From: a virus | Reading direction: 5' to 3' (one strand) | Length of the DNA stretch: 64,000 nt | IMG/VR virus record: IMGVR_UViG_3300032323_000716 | Span: 32,001 to 96,000 of that record | Shown here: one piece after another, positions 37,241 through 47,199 of the stretch | How the letters are laid out: each line of letters opens with the position of its first letter | Numbering within the stretch: position 1 is the first letter of the stretch | Translations under genes and position numbers: made by a program | The notes under the pieces: generated by a model | Told to the model about the DNA's origin: nothing | Seen by the model: the letters and a program-made list of their open reading frames with translations, nothing else | Databases searched by the model: none

Positions 37241-38862
37241 AGATTTTCTTTTACGTATTCTTCGATAGTTTTTGTCACAGTCCAGCCAAAAGTTTCAGAT
37301 AGTTTTGTATTATCCGCAAGTGTGATATATGCTTCGCCCATCCTTGGCTCAATCATAGAAATGTCATCGGAAATCATAGCAGCCAATTCTAAAACAGAGT
37401 GATTAGTTCCTGATCCAACATTAAAAACTTCCCCATACTTATCGTGAGAATCGACTTGCATTGCTAATATGTTTGCGGCAACAACATCATTGACATGTGT
37501 AAAATCTCTACGTTGTGTGCCATCGGGTACAATAGTCAAAGGTAATCCAGATTTTTTCTGTCTTAAAAATAATCCTACTACTGGTGCATACACACCTCTC
37601 ACCGGTTCTCTAGGACCGTATACATTGAAATAACGGAATATAATAGTTTTTAATCCAAACAATTTTGTGTACATACTACACAATTTCTCGCCTGCTACTT
37701 TAGATACAGAGTAAGGATTGAGACAATCGTCGGGCATAGTTTCTAACAGTGGCGGTTTATTAGCAAGCCCGTAAGCAGACGAAGTCGAACTATACATAAC
37801 TTTTTTAACACCTGCCTCTCTGCTAGCCTGAAGAACTGTAGCAGTACCTAGTGCATTAGTTCTCACTGCGCCCAATGGGTTTAAAATAGTAGGTTGTATT
37901 CTTGATTCAGCAGCACAGTGAAATACATAATCTATATTTTCATATAGATGTTTTGTACTTTCATAATCTGCAATATCTAATTTATGATAAGATGCTTTTT
38001 CATTAAAATAAAATTGTTCGTGTACAGCAGAACTTTCATTATCGATTACTGTAACTTGATGACCTAGTCCAATCAATGTATCTACAATATGCGATCCTAT
38101 AAATCCTGCACCGCCGGTTACTAAAGATTTCATAATATTATTATTTTCCTTACTTAAATTGTCTTTTTGTTTTTTACCCCAGAAATGATAAAAATATTTT
38201 TCAAGATTAGAATCTTCAAATCCGCAATATTTCTTTCCACTGGTATGATTACCATTCCAAAGATTTAAATATTTAAAATTATTTTTATTTAAGATTCTGT
38301 CTAATACATAAGTATCATACCTTCTTACAAATTGTAAAATTTCTTCACTGTTCCAAAAACTTTCATATTGTTCTAAAAAATTATCTAATTCTGGATGTTT
38401 TAAATTAAAGGCGACAAAACCAGTGTCAAGTCCTAGGTCTTTGAGATAGGGATTTTCCCATTTATTTAGAGTTTCGTCTAATTTTATAATTTTTTTGTTG
38501 TTTACACTTAACAACTCATCTTCGCCTGGTATAAGTTCTTCTATCTTAGGAATTCTTTTTACCTGAACATCTGCGTCTAGCCAAATACAATAATCGTAAT
38601 GTTTTTTACTTTTTTTAATAGCAGATACAATAGATCGACTTTTTCGCCAAAACTTAACTTCTATACCGGAAAGAAAAGAAGGACAAGTAGTAAGATCTAA
38701 ACGAGTGTTTACAATCCGTTGATCATCTATCAAAGATAAAATTTCTTTTTCAACAAAAAAATTACAATCGCCAGGTAATAGATCCCATGTATGCTTTACT
38801 TTGCTAAAAAAATGTTTGTGATACTCTTCATTAAACCCTGTATTCCAAGAAACTTTTATCAT
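37237..38862 (-). CDS. Glycosyltransferase-like domain fused in frame to an NAD-dependent sugar epimerase/dehydratase
   Basis: N-terminal half has WLDADV and DTGFVAFN. From Met at 38133: VTGGAGFIGS, SSTSSAYG, YSVSK, RYFNVYGP and RDFTHV. Confidence 0.8.
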   Translation of the reverse strand: MIKVSWNTGFNEEYHKHFFSKVKHTWDLLPGDCNFFVEKEILSLIDDQRIVNTRLDLTTCPSFLSGIEVKFWRKSRSIVSAIKKSKKHYDYCIWLDADVQVKRIPKIEELIPGEDELLSVNNKKIIKLDETLNKWENPYLKDLGLDTGFVAFNLKHPELDNFLEQYESFWNSEEILQFVRRYDTYVLDRILNKNNFKYLNLWNGNHTSGKKYCGFEDSNLEKYFYHFWGKKQKDNLSKENNNIMKSLVTGGAGFIGSHIVDTLIGLGHQVTVIDNESSAVHEQFYFNEKASYHKLDIADYESTKHLYENIDYVFHCAAESRIQPTILNPLGAVRTNALGTATVLQASREAGVKKVMYSSTSSAYGLANKPPLLETMPDDCLNPYSVSKVAGEKLCSMYTKLFGLKTIIFRYFNVYGPREPVRGVYAPVVGLFLRQKKSGLPLTIVPDGTQRRDFTHVNDVVAANILAMQVDSHDKYGEVFNVGSGTNHSVLELAAMISDDISMIEPRMGEAYITLADNTKLSETFGWTVTKTIEEYVKENL

Positions 38863-38866
38863 CTAA

Positions 38867-39667
38867 TTAATCCTTAGGAACATTATGCCAATAGGCAGGA
38901 TATTTTTTTAAAGTTTCGAGAATACTTTTTGGGTAATTAACAACGCTAAGAACCTCACTGTCGGTTTTATGATTAATTGCTGCTTTGGTATCTTTTCTTT
39001 TAAAGGCTTCTAAGATTTGTTCAGGATCTCTATAATCAGTCTCAATACAACTAACAACTTTGTTTTTTATAATTTCATCTGACCCCATCCAAGACCAATG
39101 CCAACCGACCGACTCATCAAGTCCTATACAATGATCTCGATTTTTTCTTTTGGCTATATCTTTGCTACCCTTATATAAATCGTGTGGAGTTTCAAACATA
39201 AATCGTTTAGCCACGACACTACCCTTCCATCCTCTAAATAACTTTTGATCAAATTTGTACATGTACATTTCTAAACCACAAGAAACAGGCTTATTATTTT
39301 GCTCTAATGCATTGAGGATTTTTTCAAATTTTTCAGGATTTAAAATTTCATCTAAATCGCCATGTATAACAATATCATTGCTATTACACTGATCTAAACG
39401 ATCCTTAAACCCTTTACGCATGCCTGTCTCGCAGTAACTTCTGTGAGGATGGTCCTCTTCAAGATTAATACTTAGAACTTCTAATTTTTCACCAAACCGT
39501 TTCTTATATCTATCAATATTATTTTTTAAGAAAAATTCTTTAGGACGACTGCTTAGTGTTCGATCAGCCTCTACAACTATCCATTTATCAACATAAGTAT
39601 CACTTATTTCTAAGTGAATATCTAACATGTCAAATTCATTATTAAAAAGAAATGTGTCTATTATCAT
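38867..39667 (-). CDS. Glycosyltransferase family 17-like protein
   Basis: Motifs IIDTFLFNNEFDML, VVEADRT, GDLDEI and GWHWSW. Confidence 0.75.
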   Translation of the reverse strand: MIIDTFLFNNEFDMLDIHLEISDTYVDKWIVVEADRTLSSRPKEFFLKNNIDRYKKRFGEKLEVLSINLEEDHPHRSYCETGMRKGFKDRLDQCNSNDIVIHGDLDEILNPEKFEKILNALEQNNKPVSCGLEMYMYKFDQKLFRGWKGSVVAKRFMFETPHDLYKGSKDIAKRKNRDHCIGLDESVGWHWSWMGSDEIIKNKVVSCIETDYRDPEQILEAFKRKDTKAAINHKTDSEVLSVVNYPKSILETLKKYPAYWHNVPKD

Positions 39668-39670
39668 ATT

Positions 39671-40312
39671 TTAAAACTTATAAATTATTTGATATTTGTC
39701 ATACATTGGAAATACATTTTTTGATTCCAGATATTCAACAATCATTCTACCCTTTCCAGATCGACGTCCATCTAATAGATAAGCGTTATCATCTATTGCA
39801 ACTATCGCTCCTTCTTTAAGAGAATTTTCGATAGACTTAAATTCTTTGAGATGATGATTAGCACTATCAAAATCGTCGTGCCATTTAACATCCCATGAAT
39901 CTAAATAAAACAAATCGATAGCATCTAAATTATTTAAAGAAGAAAGCCAAGTAACGCTGTCTGAACAAAAAGATTTGTAGTACTTTTCATCGATAAAACT
40001 ATTCGCCGTATCAACTGCAGATTGATTTATATCTACTGACCTAACAAAACCACCATGCAATTTTACCATCTCAGCAAATAAAAAACCACTATTACCGTCT
40101 TTCCAATTATTTGGATTTCTAACTGTCCCTGTTTCAATTATTTGAAAATCATTATTTTTCTTTTGTAACAGAAGTTCAAACATTAATTTAAAACCCTGCC
40201 CTCGATCATATAAACCTGGTTTACAATTTCTTTTTTCGCATGCTCCTGGTTTTGATACTACTTGATCAAGCAACGGTTGATAATTTTGTTTATAAGTTTC
40301 TAGCCAATTCAT
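39671..40312 (-). CDS. Class I SAM-dependent methyltransferase-like protein
   Basis: Motifs IIETG, SVDI, DSV, DLFYLDS and IVAIDD. Confidence 0.65.
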   Translation of the reverse strand: MNWLETYKQNYQPLLDQVVSKPGACEKRNCKPGLYDRGQGFKLMFELLLQKKNNDFQIIETGTVRNPNNWKDGNSGFLFAEMVKLHGGFVRSVDINQSAVDTANSFIDEKYYKSFCSDSVTWLSSLNNLDAIDLFYLDSWDVKWHDDFDSANHHLKEFKSIENSLKEGAIVAIDDNAYLLDGRRSGKGRMIVEYLESKNVFPMYDKYQIIYKF

Positions 40313-40315
40313 TTT

Positions 40316-41005
40316 TTACCCTAATAAAATTTGGTGATCGAATTCTACAGATTGATTTGATTCATCAGGAATTGGAATATTCCAATGTCGTTTACACATA
40401 ATAAATTCAAATGTTTTTAAATCATCAAACTCTTTACAACGATCTGGGAGATAAAAAAATGCATTAACTCCCCTTGTGTCTACAGTTAAAAATTTATACC
40501 CAACGGAAGATAATAGAGTTTTAAATGCAGAAAGACTAGCACCACAGTTTTTAATATGATACCTATCTAAATTGGGTTTAACTGAGCAAATCAAATTTGG
40601 GCCATAGAAAGAAAGGTATTCTGTGCAAATAATTGACGGAAAAAATTTATTAGAAAGTAATTCTTTTAATATCCAAAAGTCGATACTATCGATGTCTAAA
40701 CTAAAGAAATCAGGTGACAAAGTAGGCCAACTATTGATTAAATCTTTTATATTTGATAAATTGATTTGTTTAACATTATGTGTATAATTAGGATGAAACC
40801 ATGCCTGGTCTAACATATCGTGCCCAATGCCATTATACCCATGATTTTCTATCAAATTTCTTAACATGTTTTCGGTTCCGTTACCCGAACCTATTTCAAT
40901 TGCTGTAAAATTTTGTTTGATTAATCGAGAAATCATTGTGTGAATAATACCATCTTCTAAATTCTGAGAGAAGTTTTTATATTCGTAAGATAATCTGTTT
41001 TTCAT
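40316..41005 (-). CDS. FkbM-like methyltransferase
   Basis: Probable start MKNRL at 41005 (TAAATA-5 nt-ATG). Motifs SQN.EDG, IEIGSGNG, SLDIDSID, GASL.A and GVNAFF. Confidence 0.65.
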   Translation of the reverse strand: MKNRLSYEYKNFSQNLEDGIIHTMISRLIKQNFTAIEIGSGNGTENMLRNLIENHGYNGIGHDMLDQAWFHPNYTHNVKQINLSNIKDLINSWPTLSPDFFSLDIDSIDFWILKELLSNKFFPSIICTEYLSFYGPNLICSVKPNLDRYHIKNCGASLSAFKTLLSSVGYKFLTVDTRGVNAFFYLPDRCKEFDDLKTFEFIMCKRHWNIPIPDESNQSVEFDHQILLG

Positions 41006-41044
41006 AAGAATATTTACCAATAAACGTAGCACATAAATATTCAT

Positions 41045-41809
41045 ATGAAAAACATTGTAATTGTTACCGGCGGCTTTGACCCCATACATTCCGGGCATAT
41101 TGCCTACATACAAGAAGCACGAAAATTAGGAGATTTCCTAGTTATAGGAGCCAATTCAGACGAGTGGCTCAGGCGTAAAAAGAAAAAAGAATTTATGCCT
41201 TGGATTGAACGTGCAGCCGTGCTATCTGCCTTATCTAATGTTGATCGTGTAATCAACTTTGATGACAGCGACAACAGCGCCAAGGATGCAATTAGAAAAG
41301 TAAGGTCTATATATCCTAATGATCATATTATTTTTGCCAACGGCGGAGATCGAACTAATGCTAATATTCCTGAAATGGATATCAAAGATGAAAATCTAGA
41401 GTTTGTTTTTGGAGTAGGTGGCGAACATAAAATGAATTCAAGTTCTTGGATATTGCAAGAATGGAAAGCGCCTAAGACTGAGCGTCAATGGGGCTATTGG
41501 CGGGTTTTACACGAGCAAGGCCAAGAGGTAAAGTTAAAAGAACTAACCGTTGCTCCCGGCAAAATGCTGTCAATGCAGAAGCATAAAGAAAGAGCAGAAC
41601 ATTGGTTTGTGGCTGACGGTACTGCTACAGTTTATACTATCAATTCAAGTACTGATGCAGAATTGCACGGAGTATATAAAAAATTCCAACATATTCATAT
41701 CAATCGTCAAGAGTGGCATCAATTGTGCAACGAAGGGGACACTCCCCTAAAGGTTATTGAAATTCAATACGGTGAAAATTGTATAGAAGAGGATATAGAA
41801 AGATTATGA
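41045..41809 (+). CDS. Cytidylyl/adenylyltransferase (TagD/RfaE-like) fused to mannose-6-phosphate isomerase-type cupin
   Basis: N-terminal TGGFDPIHSGH, NSDEWL, FANGGDR and NSSS. C-terminal RQWG, LSMQKH..RAEHW and IEIQYG...EEDIER. Confidence 0.85.
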   Translation: MKNIVIVTGGFDPIHSGHIAYIQEARKLGDFLVIGANSDEWLRRKKKKEFMPWIERAAVLSALSNVDRVINFDDSDNSAKDAIRKVRSIYPNDHIIFANGGDRTNANIPEMDIKDENLEFVFGVGGEHKMNSSSWILQEWKAPKTERQWGYWRVLHEQGQEVKLKELTVAPGKMLSMQKHKERAEHWFVADGTATVYTINSSTDAELHGVYKKFQHIHINRQEWHQLCNEGDTPLKVIEIQYGENCIEEDIERL

Positions 41810-42492
41810 TAGTGGTTGACAAGTGGTATGCACCATTTGAGGATTTTTTCTCTCATCTTCCGGGAGGAGAAAGAATAGAAAATTTTGGTAAAGAATCTAG
41901 ACTAGAAGCATTAAAATTTGTTTTAAAAAAAAGATCAGTTATAGATATAGGTGCTCACATAGGAATAAGTGTAAATCATTGGTCGACAGAATTTGATAGT
42001 GTCTATGCATTCGAACCTCTAAAAGAACATTATGATTGTCTAATTAAAAATACTGAAACGTTAAACAATATAAAATCCTACAATTATGGGTTGGGAAACT
42101 TTGAGGGTACTACAAAAGGCGCTTACCGTAGTTTAAAAAATAGCGGATCCTTTCAAATTATAGATAGTAATTATGTACAGCCTAGAAACGAAAATAAGAT
42201 TAGAAATCTTGTAGATATAGAAATAAAAAAATTAGACTCTTTTGAATTTGAAAATATAGATCTTATTAAAATTGACGTAGAAGGATGGGAATTTGAAGTT
42301 ATTCAAGGGGCTATTGAAACTATTAAAAAACATAAACCTGTTTTAATGATAGAAGTGTTAGTTGACCACCCTAACAAAACTTTAAAAACAGGCTATGACA
42401 GTAATAAATTAAATGATTTGCTAAAAGATCTAAATTATAAAGAATCGGCGCATATCATTCCAGACGATAAGATTTTTACACCAAATGAATAA
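41806..42492 (+). CDS. FkbM family methyltransferase
   Basis: Motifs IDIGAHIG, AFEP and IKIDVEGWE. Confidence 0.85.
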   Translation: MIVVDKWYAPFEDFFSHLPGGERIENFGKESRLEALKFVLKKRSVIDIGAHIGISVNHWSTEFDSVYAFEPLKEHYDCLIKNTETLNNIKSYNYGLGNFEGTTKGAYRSLKNSGSFQIIDSNYVQPRNENKIRNLVDIEIKKLDSFEFENIDLIKIDVEGWEFEVIQGAIETIKKHKPVLMIEVLVDHPNKTLKTGYDSNKLNDLLKDLNYKESAHIIPDDKIFTPNE

Positions 42493-43285
42493 TTGGATAT
42501 TTCTCAGTAAAGAAGGCAAAGATGAATATGTCAATATGTTTGCTATCGGCAGCGGCGGCCGTGTTATAAACACAGACGACTTTGATTATAGAGACAGCGA
42601 TGACCCTATTGTTCTTAGAGGTATCTTAAAACATAAGATAATGAAAAAATGTTGGCTGGATGGCCGAGATTTTTATTTTATGGATACAGGATATATGGGT
42701 AATCATCGAGGACCTTTAAATCCTATGGGATGGAAATTTTATCATCGAATTGTTAAAAATGATTTGCAACACAGTGAGATGATCAAAAGACCAGATGATC
42801 GTTTTCGTAAGTTAGCCATTCCGTTACACGATTGGAAAAAAGGCGGAAGAAAAATCTTAATTGCTAAGCCAGACGAAAAGCCTATGAAATTCTATGGTTT
42901 GGAATTAGACGAGTGGTTACAAGAAACTATTAATACTATTAAAAAATATACTGATAGACCTATTGAAGTTAGAGAAAGAGTTAAGAGTAGAGTAGAACGT
43001 ACTATTAATAGCACACTAAAAGAAGCACTAGATAACGATGTTCATTGCCTAGTTACTTTTAACAGTAATTCGGCCACAGAGGCAGTAATGTATGGATACC
43101 CGGCATTTACTTTATCGCAGACACATGCCGCATCTCCTGTGACTAGCCAAGACCTTAGTAAAATAGAAACACCTTTTTATCCAGACAAAGATTTAGTTTA
43201 TGCATGGGCCTGCCACTTGGCCTATGGACAATTTCATATAGATGAACTTAAAGATGGCTCAGCATGGAGAATTTTAAATGAGTGA
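42485..43285 (+). CDS. Capsule-polysaccharide-modification-like (KpsS/GT-B-like) protein, paralogue A
   Basis: Motifs DTGY, VTFNSNSATEA..YGYP and WACHLAYGQF..DEL..G, shared with 44744 and 48661. Confidence 0.5.
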   Translation: MNNWIFLSKEGKDEYVNMFAIGSGGRVINTDDFDYRDSDDPIVLRGILKHKIMKKCWLDGRDFYFMDTGYMGNHRGPLNPMGWKFYHRIVKNDLQHSEMIKRPDDRFRKLAIPLHDWKKGGRKILIAKPDEKPMKFYGLELDEWLQETINTIKKYTDRPIEVRERVKSRVERTINSTLKEALDNDVHCLVTFNSNSATEAVMYGYPAFTLSQTHAASPVTSQDLSKIETPFYPDKDLVYAWACHLAYGQFHIDELKDGSAWRILNE

Positions 43286-44747
43286 TGGTTTTTTACCTGT
43301 TTATGTAGGTTATGATTATAGAGAAGATATTGCATATAAAGTCTGCGAATATTCTATCTATAAAAATACGCCAAGTGCCGAAGTTAAGCCTCTTAAACAA
43401 GATCAATTAAGAAGAGACGGTTATTACACTAGAGAAGTTGATCCTTTAAGTTCTACAGAATTTACGTTTACTAGATTTTTAGTTCCACACCTTATGAATC
43501 TCGAAGGGTGGGCATTATTCTGTGACTGCGACTTTGTATGGGATGGTGATATACAGAGAGTATTTGACCAGGCAGATTCTAGATACGCCGTTATGGTAGT
43601 TAAACATAATTACAATCCTACAAACACTGTTAAGATGGATGGCAAAACACAGAGTCAATATCCAAGAAAAAATTGGAGTTCAATGATATTATGGAATTGC
43701 AGCCATCCATCTAATGCCAAACTTACTTTAGAAGATATTAATAATCAGTCCGGTTCTTATTTGCATAGATTTCAATGGCTAGATGATTCAGAAATAGGCG
43801 AACTAAATGTTCAATACAATTTTTTAGTAGGACATAACAAGCCCGAACAATGCCACAGTGGTAAACCGGTAGCCTATCATTGGACTGAGGGAGGTCCTTG
43901 GTTCCCTCAATACATGGACTGCGAATATAAAACTATCTGGTATCAATATCTTATTGAATATTCTAACGAATTAAGCAGAAACAATGTAACTGCTTATTCT
44001 CCTATTACATGGGTTACTTCTCTTTCCAGAGAATATTGGGAATACTGCGCCAAACACACTATGCCTACATGGAGTAGACTGCCGGGAGATGTAGTAGTGG
44101 TATGGGACGATAAACCTGTAGATTTTCCTGTTGGCAGAACTTACAATTTTTGGAAAGAAGTGGCCAGTCCTGACGATCCGTGGGTCAAGGAAGGCATGGG
44201 CGGAAGCAAAGCCGATAGATTTTGGAAAAAAAGTCGTGTACAGGTATGGGCTGCAAGAAAATTCAAAGGCATAGTCATATGGATTGACGCTGACATAGCC
44301 GTAACTGCACCGTTGAGTCGTCCTCGAGCATTGGAATTGTTACATCCGGGAAAAAATGTTTGGGGAACACTAGACTGCGGCAGTGATCATCCACAAAAGT
44401 ATGATCACATTGATACTGGAATTGTATCTTTTAATTCAAGACATTTAGAATTTGATAAATTTATCAAAGAATATTCCTTAATGTGGTATAACGGAAAGAT
44501 ATATGAATGTAGACAACCGTATGATCACTATGCAGTAACAATGCTAAGTAAAAAATGGCCTGTGCAAACTTTTGTACCGCATTGGTCTAAGTGGGCTTCG
44601 TCTACAGACGAATATCCAAACAGATTTAACATGCAGAACAGTTATGTCAAAGATTATTTCGAACATTATCTAGGAATAGAGAAAAAAGAACAATTAAAAA
44701 GACTAAACGGCGACGAAGTAGTTTCCAAAAAGGAAAAGAAAAAATGA
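43278..44747 (+). CDS. Two-domain glycosyltransferase (GT8-like plus second DxD domain)
   Basis: Domain 1: VGYD.RE, STEFTFTRF, FCDCDF, YPRKNWSS, LHRFQW and HWTEGGPW. Domain 2: FWKKS, WIDADI and DTGIV.FN. Confidence 0.8.
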   Translation: MSDGFLPVYVGYDYREDIAYKVCEYSIYKNTPSAEVKPLKQDQLRRDGYYTREVDPLSSTEFTFTRFLVPHLMNLEGWALFCDCDFVWDGDIQRVFDQADSRYAVMVVKHNYNPTNTVKMDGKTQSQYPRKNWSSMILWNCSHPSNAKLTLEDINNQSGSYLHRFQWLDDSEIGELNVQYNFLVGHNKPEQCHSGKPVAYHWTEGGPWFPQYMDCEYKTIWYQYLIEYSNELSRNNVTAYSPITWVTSLSREYWEYCAKHTMPTWSRLPGDVVVVWDDKPVDFPVGRTYNFWKEVASPDDPWVKEGMGGSKADRFWKKSRVQVWAARKFKGIVIWIDADIAVTAPLSRPRALELLHPGKNVWGTLDCGSDHPQKYDHIDTGIVSFNSRHLEFDKFIKEYSLMWYNGKIYECRQPYDHYAVTMLSKKWPVQTFVPHWSKWASSTDEYPNRFNMQNSYVKDYFEHYLGIEKKEQLKRLNGDEVVSKKEKKK

Positions 44748-45682
44748 AATTTGTAGTCTACCAGGCATGCTTACCTGCGACAAATAAAAACCTAGAAAAA
44801 AATGAAATTTTAAATAGATTTCCTTTGGGCGTAGCCTATCTAGGTCAAGATGAAGTGATTATTCACGAACAAAGAAATCTTATAGAAGCAGATGTAGCCA
44901 TGATGGTAGGTTGGGTACATGAAGATTCCGCTGATACTCCGCATTTGGTATTTCGTAAACAGGTTATCGATGATCAAAGAAAAAGAAATAAAAAAGTTCT
45001 ATTAGCAGATTCAAATTTATTCCTTTACAAAGATAAGAGTAATCCTCATCATTATCTTAGATATAGTTACAATGGAATTTTCCCCAATACTGGAGAATAT
45101 TGTGATCAAGATATTGATCCTAATAGATGGAAACACTTATCTCAGAACATAGGCATTGGTCTAAAAGACTATCGAACTAACGGTAATCATATTTTGTTAT
45201 GTCTACAACGTAACGGAGGTTGGAGTATGGGCGGGTTTGATGTAGTCGACTGGACTGCACAAATTATAAAAGAATTAAGAAAGTACACTGACAGGGAAAT
45301 AGTCATTAGAGCACACCCAGGAGATAAAAAATCTAAAAATTATCTTTCTCCAAACAATCTAATTAAGAAAATTGGATTTTTAAAAGGGGTTCGTCTTAGT
45401 CGAGACGGTGTTGACCTATTAGGAGATCTCAAACATTGCTGGGCTGTAGTAAATTATAACTCTAGTCCTACTGTAGGAGCAGCCATTGAGGGATTCCCTG
45501 TGTTTGTAACAGATCCTAATCGTAGCCAATGTAAAGAGATCGCAAATACTGATTTGTCAAAAATAGAAAATCCAGAGTTGCCTGACAGACAGCAATGGGC
45601 TGAACGTCTTGCCATGTTCCATTGGAACTTTAATGAAATAGCCAACGGTGAATGTTGGTCGCACATGAGAAAATATGCTTAA
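44744..45682 (+). CDS. Capsule-polysaccharide-modification-like (KpsS/GT-B-like) protein, paralogue B
   Basis: Motifs IRAHP, VNYNSSP.V.AAIEG.P and PDRQQW. Confidence 0.5.
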   Translation: MKFVVYQACLPATNKNLEKNEILNRFPLGVAYLGQDEVIIHEQRNLIEADVAMMVGWVHEDSADTPHLVFRKQVIDDQRKRNKKVLLADSNLFLYKDKSNPHHYLRYSYNGIFPNTGEYCDQDIDPNRWKHLSQNIGIGLKDYRTNGNHILLCLQRNGGWSMGGFDVVDWTAQIIKELRKYTDREIVIRAHPGDKKSKNYLSPNNLIKKIGFLKGVRLSRDGVDLLGDLKHCWAVVNYNSSPTVGAAIEGFPVFVTDPNRSQCKEIANTDLSKIENPELPDRQQWAERLAMFHWNFNEIANGECWSHMRKYA

Positions 45683-46391
45683 TATCGAAGTTATTACCAG
45701 TTTTAATCAACATTACTACAACCTCATTGGTAAAGACGCTGTTTCTACTTGGTTAAAGTATTGGCCAAATGACATGTCTCTAACCTGTTATGTGGAAGAA
45801 TTTAACTTACCACACGATTCTCGAATAAAACAAATTTCTTTTGACACATTTGAAAAAGAATATTTTTTATTTCAAGAAACAGAGCATAAACAGGTTAAGA
45901 AATTCTCTAAAAAAGCATGGAGTTTTATACATGCCATGCAGCACTCCACTGCCGATAGGATTGTATGGCTAGATGCTGATGTTTTACATACCGACTACAT
46001 TGAGAAAAAATTTCTCAATGGAATATTGCCTGATGATGTATTAAGTACCCACATGGGTGTAACATATTATTCAGCAAAAGACGGTACTCCTGGCAGGTGG
46101 TTTGTTCCTGAGACAGGGTTTTTTGCCGTTAATACCAAACATAAACTTTTTGATCAATTTAGATCAGAATATAGACGTCATTACGTAGAACGTGATCATA
46201 CAAATATGAGAAGATTCTACGACAACGACGTATATGGATATGTATTTGAGAAATTAAAAGCCCCGGGTAATGATCTTTGTAAAGATTTTACCAAGGGCTA
46301 CAAAACACCAATGAGGCACACTGTATTGGCACCTTATATGCAACACTATAAGGCTAAGCACAGCAAAGCAGAATTTAATTCTGACGACTGA
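45675..46391 (+). CDS. GT-A-like glycosyltransferase (DxD)
   Basis: Motifs KFSKK, VWLDADV, ETGFFAVN and HYK. Confidence 0.65.
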   Translation: MLNIEVITSFNQHYYNLIGKDAVSTWLKYWPNDMSLTCYVEEFNLPHDSRIKQISFDTFEKEYFLFQETEHKQVKKFSKKAWSFIHAMQHSTADRIVWLDADVLHTDYIEKKFLNGILPDDVLSTHMGVTYYSAKDGTPGRWFVPETGFFAVNTKHKLFDQFRSEYRRHYVERDHTNMRRFYDNDVYGYVFEKLKAPGNDLCKDFTKGYKTPMRHTVLAPYMQHYKAKHSKAEFNSDD

Positions 46392-47199
46392 CCCAATACT
46401 TTTCAGTTCTGGGTCTTATAAAATCAGTATTAAGACTTTTTCCGTAATTTTTTCTGTTACCTTTGAGGTGATCTAGGTACGCACCCCACTCACTGTTGAT
46501 TAGAGGATGGCCTTCACCTTTAATCAAGCCTTTACACCAATCATTCCACTGCCATTCTGGATGTCTTAGTTTAACTTCTTTGCGAACTTCGTCAAAGACC
46601 CAGCAATCGTTCCATTCACTAAATTGGAATAGTCTACCGCTATCATAGGCCTGTTGAAATTCAAACAAGAATTCTTGGGTAAAGGGATCTTTAAGATTCA
46701 TAGAATACAAACCACACTCTGTAAACTTCTTTTCTCTACCTAAAAATCCTAGACCGATATGAGGTTGCGACATTTTTTCAATAAAATGATGCGGAATAGG
46801 TGTATGACATACCATATCAGCGTCCATCCAGAACAACAGATCAGCATCGGTGTTACGTGCCGCATGGCAGACCGAATAGATCTTATGGCTGAAGCGTATA
46901 GCATCCCATCTAAACCCAACTCCTGGCCTTTTTCCTTTCTTATCAGGAGGACCTGTAGGAACCTCACCTCTGGCTCGTGGATCGTTGCCCCATTTATTTT
47001 TAAATGCTACTAGATCCGGACAGGAATCGTGCAAATCTCTTACTATAAGATTTTCTGAAGACTCGGATATGCTATGATCTTGGGGATACGCATATAATGT
47101 AATATCTTCTGGCCAAGTTTTTAAGAATGTTTGAATCATTCTCTTGGCATATTTGTCATACCCTTCCTTATGGAAGGTAGTAACTACGGCTTTTTTCAT
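46375..47199 (-). CDS. GT-A-like glycosyltransferase (DxD)
   Basis: Motifs WDAIRFSHK, WMDAD, ECG, DCWVFD and DHLKG.RK. Confidence 0.65.
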   Translation of the reverse strand: MKKAVVTTFHKEGYDKYAKRMIQTFLKTWPEDITLYAYPQDHSISESSENLIVRDLHDSCPDLVAFKNKWGNDPRARGEVPTGPPDKKGKRPGVGFRWDAIRFSHKIYSVCHAARNTDADLLFWMDADMVCHTPIPHHFIEKMSQPHIGLGFLGREKKFTECGLYSMNLKDPFTQEFLFEFQQAYDSGRLFQFSEWNDCWVFDEVRKEVKLRHPEWQWNDWCKGLIKGEGHPLINSEWGAYLDHLKGNRKNYGKSLNTDFIRPRTEKYWVSRQN

